In this document: positions 1 through 14,100 of the stretch, piece after piece
Position numbering within the stretch: the stretch's first letter is position 1
How the letters are laid out: each line of letters begins with the position of its first letter
DNA from: Marsupella aquatica
Lineage: Eukaryota > Plantae > Marchantiophyta
DNA: 64,000 bases
Assembly: GCA_973895155.1 (NCBI GenBank)
Contig: OZ316895.1
Span: 16,002,816-16,066,815, forward strand
Reading direction: 5' to 3'
The notes under the pieces: model-generated
Seen by the model: the letters and a program-made list of their open reading frames with translations, nothing else
Database searches by the model: none
What the model was told of the DNA's origin: nothing
Made by a program: the position numbers and the translations under genes

Positions 1-949
1 TCCGTTGTCAGGTTACAGAATGAGAAAAAGACAGGAGCCAGTCCTAGCTCTTTATCATAAACTGATTTTTTTACTTCATCAGATCCACCCACACACTCTT
101 AGTATCTCAAATTCCTGCCCGAGCTGCACACCTAATGGCACACTCACAATGATAACATGGCCATAAAGATTTCATGATCAAAACAATCTCATGGTCAAAG
201 CAATCAAGAATTATAATACAAGGTCCCGCTCTTTTATAGAGTGGTCATCCTTAGAATTTGCAGGCCCAAAAGGTAAACAATCTAACAAAGAGACCAATAA
301 ACAAAACATTAATTACATTTAGTGTGAAGGGGAAAAGCTACACTGTTTTCCAAGCAAGAAAAATAGGTTGCCAATGCACAAGAGCCCTTTGGGTACCATC
401 CATGCATATACCCTGTTCATCCCTCCACCTTTTTTACCACTATAATACTTGAGGGTTTCATTTCCACAAAAATGACACATCACCTGCAACGAAAGATAAG
501 GTCATTTATTGGTTCTAAGTGAAAATTTAAAAATTTGTGTAGAAGAACAATAAGATCTTTTAAATTCAATTTTGAGATATATAAGAACAATAGGGTCTTT
601 TAAATCAAAATTTTAGAGTATTCCAAGAATTTTCCAACTTTATAGGGGTTTAAAAATATAAAAAAATTTCTTACATTTTACGGGGTCGGAGGCCTAAAAA
701 TGTCACAAGTGATGGGGAGGTCACTATCCCCATCACTTTTATATTTATTTCTCTAAAAATTTGAATTAAAAAAACCATATTTTTCCTCTCCCTCGATTGT
801 GCATGGAATCTATGATGTGGTGGCCGCTATCTCCAGTCTCAAATTCCTATGTGCAATGGATGGGTTATTGAACACAACCACAAAAGTGTATGGTTGGGAT
901 CACACTTAACATGTCTCGATAACTACATTATAAAACTTATAATTTCCGC

Positions 950-1215
950 TTTCACCTTGACATCTTTTCTCACCTTGACATATTTTTCTGATCTTCACAT
1001 ATTTATCTCATCTCAATATATTTTCCTTGCCTTGTCATCTTTTCTCACATTGACATCTTTATTTTACACCATATTTTATTTTACCACAATATTTTTTTCT
1101 CACCCTCCATATTTTTTTTAACCTTGATATCTTATCTTTGTCTCATTGTGTCATCCTTTTTTCACTTTAACATCTTTCTCTCACCAATGACCTCACACTG
1201 GCCATCTTTTCTCTC
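950..1215 (+). repeat. Degenerate T/C-rich minisatellite (core cACCTTGACATCTTTT); the same family recurs at ~38720-38960, ~39530-39690, ~63550-63810 and reverse-complemented at 35100-36180
   Basis: Repeated caccttgacatctttt / cacattgacatctttt / cactttaacatctttc units with ~17-35 bp spacing; no coding signal. Confidence 0.55.
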
Positions 1216-1679
1216 CTCCATTTCTTTGCCTAGGGCTAGAAACCTTCTCTACAACTAACGACATCGGGCTAATAAATCTTTTTAGAGTCAACTCGTGAGG
1301 AGATGCTACGGTCAGTTGACTCAGTTCTGAAATGGAATGATCGAGGGTTTAGGGTCAGGGATCTTGGACTCCAGGGTTTATGAGGTTTGAGCCTTTGAGA
1401 GCTGAGTTGGCCTTGAAGTGATCGACCGAGCTCGATGGCCTAGGTGATGGCCACAAGCCGATGATGTAGTCCTTCAGGGACCCAATCAAATTGCCTTCGA
1501 CCTCTAGTGTGCGGGAATTCCCAGATAATGGATCCATACTCCGGGAGTGATTCCGTGGTTCAGAGTTCCTATCCGATTTTAATATTTCGATCCGCTATTT
1601 GGTTCTGATTTTGACCTTCAGAGGCGGAATTGAATAACGAGGATTAGGGTTAAGGTCGGGTGCCAGTGCAGCTACAGCA

Positions 1680-4600
1680 ATGGCGGACACGGTGCAGTAT
1701 CACCTGGAGCGCATGGTGCCAGAGCTGGACGACTTGGAGAAGCGAGGGTTGTTCACGAGGAAGGAGATTAAGGCGATAGTAAAGAAGAGGAGTGATTTCG
1801 AGTACTTGTTGAAGCGGCATTCTGCCGATAAGCGGAATTTTTTTCAGTACATAGAGTATGAGAAGAAGCTGGAGGCATTGAGGAGGTTGCGGAAGAAGGC
1901 TCTTGTCAGGGATCTGAAGGGCACAGGGGAGAAATGGAAGCACTCTCTGTGCGATAAAGCTAGCAGCATGCGTATCATGCAAATCTTCGAGCGGGCTCTG
2001 ACGAGATACAAAGGAGATTTGAATCTCTGGATGCAGTATCTCGAGTATTGCAAGGATCAGGCCCCCAGGAAAATGCAGAAGGTGAACTTCACATTAGAAC
2101 TCTGTCTTCAGTATTTAGTGTCGCAATTTGCTGTCGAAATCTATTTCGGGCGCGTCGAAGTAGTCCTAGCAGTGTCTCTTGAAACTTGGCAGACGGTGGA
2201 GTGAAGGGATGAATTTATCCATAGTTAAATGCATTGGCAGAAGGTTGAATGAATGAAAATGGAACATAGTTGAGTGATTGATTGAGTGAATTATGTACTT
2301 AACACAGGGTTGAAAGAGTCATAAATGAAGTAATGAATTTGACATTCTGTGAATGAGTAAAGAATGAAGATTTGAATCAGTTTCCTTTAAGGGAGCTCAT
2401 CTACAACTGTATCTCTTCTGATGTGAGCTGCACAGTTCATCGTTCATAGAATCTTTCTCACTAATTGCGTGAGTGTATCATTTGCAGGCGGCAACGAAAT
2501 GCTTGCAGCTCCATCCAAAAGTTCCAGGGTTGTGGATGTACGCAGCGGCATGGGAATTCGAACATAGGCTTAATGTGAAGGCGGCAAGGGCGCTCATGCA
2601 ACGAGGTCTCCGTATTTGCTCGCACGCAGAGAATCTTTGGCTTGAATACTTTCGAATGGAGCTTACGTACATCCAGAAGCTCAAATCCCGTCGATTGGCC
2701 CTGGGCCTCGAACCATCTAAAGGGAAGCAAGCACCCGCGGAGGAGTCTTCGCACAATGAACCCGTATCTGACGACGAACAGGCAGCTGAGGCGGTAAATA
2801 ACGTAGATAACGACGGCAACGTCTCGCTTGAGGATAAGCTTAGCTACAAATTGGCACAATCTGTGTACAGAAATGCCATAGCGGCAATTCCCTCGAGTCT
2901 CGGTTTTCGGCAGCGGTTCTTGGAGGCTCTAGATGCTTTCGAATTTGACAGTAAAAATGAGCTCGAGTTGCAAATTCAAGCGAGTATGAAAGCTGATTTT
3001 CGAGCGGACGAAAGCAGCTGGGAGTGGTTGGCCAGGCGGCATGTTGAGAGCGAGACAAGGGCAACTGAGGTATTTCTCTGCAAGTTTTCTGCTTGCTCTG
3101 TATTGCTTTGCAGTCCGGAAAAGCTTTTGGAGCCATATTTGACTCTAGGTTTAAGGTTAAAGGACTGAGGGTTTAGAGTTCAACCAACATTACGAAGTAT
3201 TATTCCCATAGAGCATTGTTTCGACAGGGAAGGTCGGATCCGGAGGGTCCGCGTCAGGAAATTCGTATGCCCAGGAGGATATCATACACCTTAAGCCTGG
3301 ACTGCCTTCTGTCACGATTTGTGGATTAGGACTTCCGAAGTTGAGTAGCAGTATACTGCTGGTGCTGGTTACTGGTTGCCTCGCATGTTCTCATGAGCTA
3401 GGTCCGTTACACTGACATTCTGATATTCTGTGTTGATTTGTTTGTAGGTTTTTGAAGATGCCCTGGACGTTGTTCCTTCCGCTCGGATGTACGAACTTTA
3501 TGCCAATTATTTAACAGATATTTTAGGTGCTGAAACTTTAGCTGACGCCGCATCAGGTCCGGACCAGTATGAAGATAAGATAATTAATGACCGGCATGAT
3601 GTTTCTGGTCTTCTTTGGGAGCTGTATGAGAGGGCATTGGAATCTGGGATCTCTACTGAGAAGTTGGCAAACGGACATCTTGAATTTTTCATGAGACGTG
3701 GAAGATTGGATGAAGCGTTAGACTTATGTAGGAAATTCTGCGGCATGGTAGAGTTGAAAAGTAGTGCTAGTTTATGGGAACGGCGGATTGAATGGGAGAT
3801 GAATAGAATTTCTTCCGGTGATTCTGATGATCAACGTGCCGAAACTATAGATAGGAGGGAACTAGTTTTGAAACTATTTCAAGAATCTGTGAAGAATGTC
3901 CCCCTGATAGAGGCAAAGCCTCTGTGGCTAATGGTGAGTCTCGCCTTTCATATGTATGTTAGTTGGGTATCGAAAGTTATCAGTGGAGTCTGTCCATGGC
4001 CGTCACTGAAGCCATGTTTGGACTTCTGCCAAAGTTTTGAGTCTGCTTTGTACCGTCAGTAGCAAATTGTTGTGTTTTTCCCTTGATCACCGAGGCATCC
4101 GGCCTTTGAAAAACGTTTTCACCTAATCTCCGCTCTTTGGCAGGTGCTGAACTTCTACACTGGACTGGAAAGCTACGCTCAAATTGTCCTAGGAATGCTA
4201 GAGAAAGTTCTATCAGGGGGTTCTGGCGGCCGAGTCGGAGCTGATCTTGCATGTACATGTCTCAAGTGGATTCTTCAATCACAAGGGATTACGAAAGCCC
4301 GGCAAACTTATCTCCGGTACATTAACCATCACATTGCGGGTATCCGATGTCCCATTCAAGGATTTTCTATTATGCACTTCAAATGTGTGGACGCGGCGTG
4401 CATAGAGCTCATTAAATTTTGTAACGGCTTCAGTACCTTCGAGAAAGATCTGAGCTCGCACTTTGAGATGTTGATTGGAATGGTTCATTGGCTTAGTTTT
4501 TGGGTGTAGATTAGAATGACAGGCAGGTTTCGTGTCCCTACCAAGTGGGAAGAAAATTAAATAGTTTTCTAACAAGTCGTTTGTTTGACTGGTTCATCTT

Positions 4601-5017
4601 TAGGTTTTTGAGCCTTCCAGGTCCGAGTGCAGAGTTCATTAAGCTTTGCATCACCATTGAAGCTGAGCATGTCAGTGCGGGTTGCACCGAGTCCTTCCAA
4701 TACTTGCGGAAACTTTTCAATGATTCTGCTGAGCGATTTGGACAAGATGATACGGATCTTTGGATTGAGTACTGCAAGATGGAGCTGAAGGTGAATCTTT
4801 GTGCATGATTTTCTGTCTAGTATGCCGTGTGGTAGATGTGCTTCACAGCTTCTTGAGTTTTGCCTATTCTTTGGAACGAAATGGTTCTGACGACGCAATC
4901 TTTTTATATGGATGGGTGCAGGCTGGTAATGTCGCATCTGCAAACACTGTATACTGGCGAGCGAAGAAAACCTTGAAGGATCCTACCGGTTTTATCGAGA
5001 GATACCAACATTTGTAA
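1680..5017 (+). CDS. UTP6: U3 snoRNA-associated protein 6 (HAT-repeat SSU processome component), 6 exons: 1680-2081, 2488-3069, 3448-3933, 4144-4316, 4604-4790, 4922-5017
   Basis: N-terminus MADTVQYHLERMVPELDDLEKRGLFTRKEIKAIVKKRSDFEY is the U3_assoc_6 signature. HAT repeats follow (LWMYAAAWEFE, ARALMQRGLR, LWLEYFRMEL) and the C-terminus reads YWRAKKTLKDP. All five introns are GT-AG and phase-compatible. Confidence 0.95.
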
Positions 5018-6368
5018 GTCTTTGAATTTTTTGTAAGGGGCCGGAAGTTTCTGTGTGAGAAAATCAATCAGATGACAAGGGACAAAGGAAATTGATACAA
5101 AGCATCGAGGCACAGTACCTAAAATAGTGCCTTCAACAACCACAAATGGGCTCGATATCCATGAGCGTTGCACGCAAGTCTTTACAGTTCGAACCATTTT
5201 GAACACATTAGATAGGTAGCAGTTTCCGAGCGTGAACCTCACTGATCTCATTAGTGGATGAAATCTTGAACGAGCGGTATGACAATGTTCACGAATGGAT
5301 TCTATGAATGCATGCTGTGGTTTGTTCTTCCTCCTCGTTCATTGTTCTTACATAACTAGGCCGAAATGGTTGCCAGTAATGCTGTTCATACATCCGACTA
5401 TTTTGTGCATGAGTGGAAAGTTGGATGAGGTATTTGGATGAAATCCAAGACAGGATTGACTGAATAGATCAGGGGGATATGGAAATGAATGTTAGTGACT
5501 TCACGTGTACGCATAACATTGTCCTCCAGTCTAAACTGAGACCAGGCTCAAGATATGTGGTGACGAATGCCTTCCAAGTGCTCAACACGTCGTATAGGGC
5601 AGATAAGCAATGTGCAGTCAGACCTATTGCACGTGTATTGAGCAAGTGCTCAAGTTTTGATTGATTGATGGGTACATCACAAAAGTGAAGTAGGCAATCA
5701 TCACATAACGCGATCATTGGACGCGAAGCATTTCAATCAGAGTTTTCTGAGCAGTATTATTGAGCTTATTGAATGGAAATGTCAGCCCCTTTCCAAAGCT
5801 AGCGGATTAGCACCTTCAATACCAACAAAGCTGACCACCCTCTAAATGTTACCCCCCACTTGGCCCTGTCACAACATGTTACGACTATGGGTGTTCACCC
5901 TCTGCACCCACCCCTTTCCCCCGAAAATGCCATAATGTTTCAGATGTAAATTCCTATTCTGCGCTCCTCCCCCCCCTCCTTAATCATGTCTACCCTGCCA
6001 TGGTAACTCATGATGGGTAAGGCCAGGCTCAAGGGTGGCCTAACCCCTCCTCTACATGTGTGTCCCTCTGAACCCTGTCTGCCCCTAGTGATGACCCTTG
6101 CCACTGGCTGTCCCAATGTGGGCTGTGGGCTGCTTTTAACCTTTGCTCCCACCTACCCACTAATGGGTACCCCCTGTTGGACCTGGCCAGGTGGGCAGTG
6201 AGAGGGGCAACTCTCTCGGCTAATCCTCCTGGGTTTGGTCATCGGCCAGGATGTAAACTTGAAGGGGTTACCATGGCAATCCATAAATTTGAATAGTACG
6301 GGGGCACGTAAAATTCGTAAAATCTAAAATAAAATAAAACTGTTTTGTAGGACTGCTAGATACAGTAG

Positions 6369-7265
6369 TTACATGCATAAATCAGACCTAAAATAAGAGA
6401 TTGTCCCTACTTGTCCATGGGAACGCGATCCCATCTCACAACTTCCTTTGACAAAAGAAAATACAAGTCTTGTACATACTATAAGATCTTCTGCATATTT
6501 AGTAAGTCGAAACACCTGTAACGTGGTTGTGTTGATATCGAGTGTGGACTGTGGACCTGAGCTAAAAGTCACAATAATGCCTTAATCACCACAAAACATA
6601 GCGCGGCGATTGGTAGTGCAAAATGTAACCCCATTAATTGAGTCTCCACGACCAATTTGATATAAAGACACCAGCACCATCATGTCCATAGTTATGCGGA
6701 AGTCTAACAAGGAATTCCGTATGCCCTGAACTACAGAGCTCCTTCTTGTTGAGATATTTTTGAGTGTTTTTATCATCATTACAGGAGACAAACACTGGTT
6801 TTGGCAACCAAGTGAATACATCACCACGAGCCTTCCAAATTTCAACCTCCTTTGCATGCCTTTCCATTTCTGTTCAAGTACATTCAAGGTTTGTTCTTTT
6901 GAACCTGCTTACTTGAATGACTCAACGTATATATGAGGAAAATGTATGCACAATAATGATCCTCCGAAGTTATCCAACTCCCATCTCAATACGTTGCATT
7001 CACCCCATATCCTTCTGAGCTCAGCCACCACAAACTTGCAATTTATGAAAATGTGGCAGCTCTGTGTCCGTCCACACTCCACAGATGATAAGCTCAAATT
7101 TTGTAGCGTTGAACACATAGAGAGATTATGAGCCCGTTCCAATCAATTACTTTTATGTGCCTGGGTTTGCTCGATTGACTGTGTATTTAATCGCATGCCT
7201 ATACTAGTAAGTAATCGATCTTGAGACGATCTGGGTGCTGAGTTGCATGCGTCCAAATGAAAAAG
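6369..7265 (-). pseudogene. Decayed ~299-codon reading frame of unknown identity
   Basis: ORFs 6909-7142, 6582-6887 and 6369-6572 share one frame, which extends to a tgcag acceptor at 7266. Only 3 internal stops (TGA 7143-45, TAA 6909-11, TAA 6582-84). Confidence 0.35.
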
Positions 7266-8055
7266 CTGCAAAAGAGGGCAACATTGCATGTCCCGTCCAC
7301 CTGGTAGCTCGTTCATTCAGACCACTCATTCAGACCACCTTCGGGAACCTTGGCGATGACTGGTGGGGGGAAGGGAGGTCTTCAGTCATCGGCTATTTAT
7401 GAACCAATGGGTAGACTCCAGACTTGTACACTTGTTTGTTATTATTAGACCCCCAAAGTCGATTTTGCTCAAGTTGTCCTACCTTGTCATTTATGGGACT
7501 GCATGCTGTCATCCATTATCTATCTATTGAATGGAATTGAACGAATGCATGAGCGACTCTAATAAGTGTGCCCTCATGGATGACTCTACTTCTAAATGGT
7601 ACTGTATATATGTAGAATTCAATTGCGATAAATAGGAATGAGATTTACAAGCGGGAGAGCAGCAGTGCTACTCCAGGATGCCGCTGAGAGAGGAAGGAAA
7701 ATGTAATGGACTTAGTTCAATATTTGTCGTTGAAATCCCGATCCAATGATCCAAATAGGCTTCTTTTACATTGTACGATTAGGAAGTTGAGGCGCAAAGT
7801 AACTTTATTATGCAGCTTGACTTGACCTTAATGCTCATAACAAGTATCGCTCATGATACGAATACCGCCCTTGGACGTGGCCATTGATATTTCATTTCAC
7901 GAATATATATTAGCCATCCTAATCCTAAGCATAACAGGTGTAGGGACACTATATAATTATTGTCGTTCACAAATTAAAAAGCCAGATCGTACCGGCAATC
8001 TATGATCATCACTTGTAAGTAATGTCTACCATGCAATATATGCTATGAACGATTA

Positions 8056-8390
8056 GGCCATAGATGAAATTACTACCCCACCCCCAAAAGACTCAAGCAC
8101 AGACACAAATACAACCATATTTGAAAGTAGGGTCAGTTACGAACTATAAGATATCAACAATTTGGCCATAGATGAAATTAGTGCCCCACCCCCAAACACA
8201 CCCACACACACACAATAATGATAAGCATGTCTGAAAATATTGGCTACTGCGAAATATATGTTTCTAACAATTCGGCCATAGATGAAATCACTGCCCCACC
8301 CAATTAAAAGACTCGCACATATACAAGACAACAATAGGGAACTTGAAAATTGAATGGATTGCCACAAATTTTTCTTGATCCAGGCCATAC
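8056..8390. repeat. Tandem repeat, ~108-110 bp unit, 3 copies plus the start of a fourth
   Basis: ggccatagatgaaatYaStRccccaccc recurs at ~8056, ~8164 and ~8274; ggccatac at ~8382. Confidence 0.8.
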
Positions 8391-11183
8391 TTAAGTCAAT
8401 TACACACGTACTTTAGTGTTACACTGACAGAGGAAGCTATTTGTTTGCTCTGAACTACCATGCCTTTCGTCCTACTCTAGCTACTGCATGGATCCATCGA
8501 TCTCAAGGTAATAAGTTGGTTGTGTTGCATTGCGTTCTTTTGCGCAAGTAAGCGGCAGCCGGCCAGCCGGTGCAATCAGCAACTGGCAGCTAGCAGCTGA
8601 GCAGCTCCATAGATACCCCCAAAAAAGGCGCTATTGGGACAATCTAGAACCTACAAGAATATGAATAATAATAACAAACTTACACGCAAGGTAGGAAAGG
8701 GAATGATATCAAAGATTTGCCTTTGAGAATTCCACGTCATGCCAAAAGAAAACGGATCGAGGGGGGATACCAGCAACTGATTAATCAAAGAACTCATACA
8801 TATTCATGCACTGTGGTCAGAATAATCATACCACTCTTCCCTTTCCAGCCTTTCCTCTCCTGTTCAATGTAGTCCCTCCGTTTACTTCTCCTAATCCCCT
8901 GGCTCAAAAGTTTAGACGAGACGTTGCACTGTATTTACTGTATCGATATAGCTGACGGGCCATACACTTGATCTTGATCACGTTGGTTTGTTTGTGGTTT
9001 GTAAGGTATAATTGTGTCCCCTCCTCTTTCCTCTTTGGCCACTTGTTATATGTACGTACCGAACGAATCAAATGAAACCAAGGGAGCCGAAGAATGGACG
9101 AACGAGCAAGCAATCCAGGCCCGGCCTGGCCTGACCTCACCTGACCTGCCCTAGATCTATCGGTCAGTCCTCAGTGGTTGCTCCGTGTTTGGTTTACTGT
9201 ACAGTGTCTGGGATTAGCGCGGCTGCATGCTTGTACTTGAGCAACGAAACTGGCAAAATGCAATGCCTACCCTACCGAATGGATGGCTGGATGAATCGAT
9301 GCGATCGACTATGGTCTTGTAGATGGATGGATAGATCGATCACGAGAAGAAATCGCGCGCGGGACGAATAATTAATGAATTGCGCCAGGACTGCGAATTC
9401 GCAGAGTGCTCCTGATCCCGATTACGGATAGTAGTTTACTGTAAGCGAAATACAAGGTTATGAGCGGAGCAGGAGGAGGCAAGGCTGGGCGCCGTCAATG
9501 AAGAGCTAGAACGATAAATCGGCGCAGATTCATTCGCCAAATAGGGCGCGTGAAGATCACGAGGTAGGAGGAAGAAATTGCCATAAACTAAAGGAAATCG
9601 TCGGTAGTTTAGTCTTTTTCATTACGCGCTCATCTGGCCTTGGTCCTGGATACGTAGTAATAAATTATTTGAGCAGAGGAGCGGTGAAAGATGTTGGTGA
9701 TAAAATCGCGAACAGCCGTCGTCGTTGCAGAGCCAATGTCCACAAATTAATCGCGAAGCGCTGACGATTGGCGCATTTTTGTCGGAAAAGATAAATATCG
9801 CGAGGCGCATGTAATTCGCGATGGCGGCGGTAATAATCTCTTGGTCGGACTGGGACGCGGTTTTTTGAGAAGTTCTTAGACAATCATGTCCTCTACTGTG
9901 CTTTGTTTAATTAACTAGCCGTCGTGGTTGTGGTTATCAAAGGTCTCTCGCTTGGCCATTTCTTTTCCGTCCTGTCTTGTCTTGCCTGCTCTGCTCTCCG
10001 CTCTTCAGCTTTCGGATCTCTGATTCGTCTTCGGGTCTCAAATTCCATGTCATTCGTCCGTCCTTTTTATTTGTTGCTTTTCTTCGATTTGCTTCTCGTC
10101 GATTTGCTTTGCTTCTCCGCGCTGTGCTTGACTTCCCTTCCCTTCGCTTTGCTTTCCTCCACCTTGTAGCGCACTTCATCAGCTTCCCTGCACTTCGCTA
10201 CAATCGTCTTTGGTCAGTCGGACAGATTTGCGGAAAAAAGGGCGAGAGCGACACAGAGAGCCGCATGACGATCGGTTCCACGAGATGATGATCGAATGAG
10301 AGGGCAGTGGGGAAGTAAAGCTCGGCTAGCGAGCGGAGCGGAGCGGAGAGATGCGGCTGGACGACGACTCGTAGCAGTAGCTCCGCGCAAAGCAGCAGCA
10401 TCATCGGGGAGTGTTGTCGACGGGAAAGCAACATTAGTGTCCGGTCTGAGGAGGTGTGGGGCTGATGAGGCCTTGATGAAGAAGGTGTGGAGGTGACAAG
10501 GCTAGAATAGTAGGAGGGAGGGAGGGAGAGAGGCACGGAGGGAGGGATGCGGGAGCAGGAAAATGGAAGAGAAGGAGGAGAGTAAGGAGGAAGACGAGGC
10601 AATGTGGCCAGGCGGAGGAGGCGGAGGAGGGGGGAGGAGCAAGTGTAAGAGTACGTGCGGGTGACGATGGGAAAGAACTGGACTGGCACGAAAAGGGACT
10701 CTTAGCAGCGCTGGTGCAGAGAGGAAGTGTCCATTCTGAGGAGGCAGTCGAACGAGGGAGCACAGAAGGGGATTAGTTTAAGAGTATTAGTGGGATCCAT
10801 TTTTTTGTTGCGGTTCATGTGAGAAGGAAATGGTCGCTGTAATGGCATCGTGCGGTCAGACAAGCAGCAACATGTCAATGCAATCTCGGCTCCACACTGA
10901 CGACTGCGCTTTCTTGAAATCGTCTCAGGATGAAGGCGAGTGACGACCACTGCGAATACTTTATCGGGATACCAATAAGAATTTCAAGGAATTTCAAGCT
11001 GCGTGCTTGGTAGCAATTCAGGACTTATTTGCTCATCTGCTCGGCAACGCTTGCGTCTCCACATTTTCTGGCCTCACAGACAGACAGCTCGCTCGATCGT
11101 CTCCGAGGAGAACAAGACGAAGATCAGCCAACCAGCCAGAAGCTTTTGAAATCAGGAGTAAGTAAGGTTAAATTCTGGAGACA

Positions 11184-14100
11184 ATGGTCACCAACATGGA
11201 AACCAGCGTCACCAACGGTATGTCCCCGCAAGAACACGACATTCTCGATTCGAGCAAATTGAGAGGGGGCCAAGCATCAAACGGCGATCGTGTGTACCGT
11301 CGAAGGATTCGGAGCTTGAAGGACCTACCCGTCCAAGTCATCAGCCATCCCAATTATGCTCAGGTATGAAGTCATTCACTACTCTTGTCTCCAGTCTTTC
11401 CGTCAATGTGGCAACCTGCCACACTGTAAAGTCTCCTACACTCGGTGATTCCATCTATGCTGTGCGATAAAGGAGCGGGATGAAATTGCTTGTTGGTTGG
11501 TGGATCAATGCCCCTGTTGAACTGAGAGATGCTCTGTCTCAGAGAGTTTGACCGTTGGTTGGGTCTTCGATTTTCGTTGGAATTGCTTTTGCTCTTCGCA
11601 TCTCCACCTAAAGCGCGAAGCTCCGAGGGTAGATATGGTCGAGAGTTTCACTATATTTGTATTGGTTTCTTAATTTTATTGAGTGTCAATATACCAGAAG
11701 GCCGAAATATGGACTTGTGAGTTTATGAAGCTTGACCTAGGTCAGGGTGCTCGAGGATCACCCCGCATCAATGGCCTTGATGCGGGGTTTAGTCTCGTGC
11801 CGTATCAGCTGGATAGATTTCGTCTTCTCGTCAGCGGATGGTTCCAGTGGCATCTTTGTGCTGCAAGGGTGGTGATTTGTTTTTTCGAGGCGTGGTGGTC
11901 GGTGGATTGTGGTGAAGGGGAAGGCGCGGGTTGAATGGTAGAAGTCTATTCGTGAGTCCTAATTTGCTCGTTCAATACTCTGTGGATCGTGTCATCTCAG
12001 TCTTGATTTCATCTGACAAAATAATATGTGACGATTTAAAAATAGATAATCAAAATTATGTTCCAATTTGTCGGGAATTGCCGCAGGGTCGAGAAGTAGG
12101 CTCGCGATCGAATTTTACGACCTCTAATGGTCCAACAGGTGCTGGGGGGCATGATCCAATCCTTGACGGCCGCAAATTCAGATCAGGGCAGAAGGTTAAG
12201 CGTTTGCCAAGTAAGGATCGTAATCAACGAGGTCCTTCTCCCTCCAATATGTCTCTTATTGAAGTTACGCCAGAGATAGGTCAGGTTCATGGTCGGGCAT
12301 CTCGGCCATACGGTGGAGTAGCCACTGAGTCGGGTCCAGGGGAGAAGCGTGTAAGCCAGGTTGTGACTGTTTTGCCCACTTCCAAAATGCAATCCAGGGT
12401 AACTTCATCGGACTTGCTGGGCAATGCGGATCGCAATGGCAAGCTGACGAAATCTGCCAAGCCAGTAGGGGCACAGCGGCAAAGCACGCTTGATATGTTT
12501 TTCCGGGATCCCAAACGGAAAGTGGAAGATAGAAGTCCAAAGAATGTGGCTTCGCCCGGGGGAGCTTCAGAGGTGAAGAATAGTGTGCGAGGATTCTCGA
12601 AGCGTGATCGGAAGAGCCCTTCGAAGTACAAGAGAAAGAAACTTGTCGTTGAAAATATGGGTGCACCTCCGAAGGGCAACATTTTCCCTCCCGTCCCCAC
12701 AGATGACGAGGTTTTACGTCAAAAGCGTCAAAAGATTAGGAGAAAGGGAATTCAAGTTGGAGAGCTAGCTCCAGATGCCAGTGCCATGGGGTTATCAAGT
12801 AAGAAAAGAGCTTCAATAGTTGAAAGCAATAGGCATGACGATGAGCATGATGATCGACCACCTCCAGTTATTGCCAAGAAGAGGCGAAAATTGCCCAGTT
12901 TGCCTTTAATGCAGGTTCCAGAAAGTTTACGCGAAGATTTTCCAAGTCTTTTGAGCATCCCCGTGGAAGCGGTTGGAAGCTCACATGGTAGAATAGTCCC
13001 CGTGTCTGTACCTGTCTCTGTCCCTGTGGAAGCTTTAGGAATTCCGCAGTCTGTACAGGCTCCTATAAGTATTGCGGTTGAAGCTTTACCAAGTCCACAC
13101 TCGAATTTGGTTCCTGTCAGTATCCCAGTGGAAAGTTTGGGCCTCCCACACGCCACTGAGATTCGTGTAGTTATACCAGTGGAAAGTTTGGGAATTCCAC
13201 AAATCAATCAGGTTCGTGTGAGTGTTCCAGTCGAAGAACTGAGAAGTCCACGGCCTAATTTGTTCCCAGGGCAGGAGGAAAGACCTCAAGCTACTGGTAT
13301 GCAACTCAAAGGCAGGACCTCAAGTCTGACACCTAAAAGAAAACTGTCGGGTATCAAGAAGGATGGTACACCTGATGGTCGATTCAAGAAAAGGGAAGGT
13401 CTAGGCCTTGTGACTAAAATTGAGGACACACAGAAAGAAGCTGCAAAGACTACAGAGGAAACGGCCCCGACGGGTGAGGTTAACGCAAAGAAGCTACCCG
13501 AGGTGCAGAAAAACGGCGTTAGGAAACCTAAGCGGGTTCAATTGAAGCGTCTCTTTGTAGAGAAACCAGAGGCACCTCTGCCCAGTGGAAATGGTTTGAC
13601 CAATTCCCGAGTGGTGAAGTCCCTATGGAGTCCCCACAAGCAGATGAAGCGTCAGGTAGATGTTGGCGAAGCAAGTATTTTGAACAAACCTGGAAAGTCT
13701 ACAAAGTTCCTGTCTCTACAACAGCTAGATGCCTCTGGGAAGCTGACTAAAATGAAAGGAAGACCAACATCTCCTAAAATGGAGGAATCTGAAGACAGTG
13801 CTTCTGATCGAACGGTGTCTGACTGTTCAACTGAAGTCCAGAAGGGGCAGACTAGCATTGGGGACACACGTCAACCTGGAAAAATACATGAGAATCACCA
13901 GAACATGTCGTTACAATTGAAGGCAAGATTGGCCAAAAAAGAGCACGTCGCGAATCAGATGGTTGCCTATAACAAATTGAAAGAGAAAGAGAAAATAGGT
14001 CGTAGAAAACATGGTGGGGTACCTGCATCTTCTGTCACGACTAAAACAAAGAAGCAACCAATAGCAGGTACATTGAAAGAAGTAAAGAGCAAAGGAGATC

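Noticed and set aside
1340-1655. Telo-box elements upstream of UTP6
   Set aside because: Only partial matches (gggtttaggg, ttagggtt) to TTAGGGTTT, and similar strings occur elsewhere in the window.
11931-12086. Start of the 839-aa ORF as the ATX N-terminus
   Set aside because: It begins at TTG in intron-like sequence; a ccgcag acceptor at 12086 joins in phase to the exon ending at 11363.
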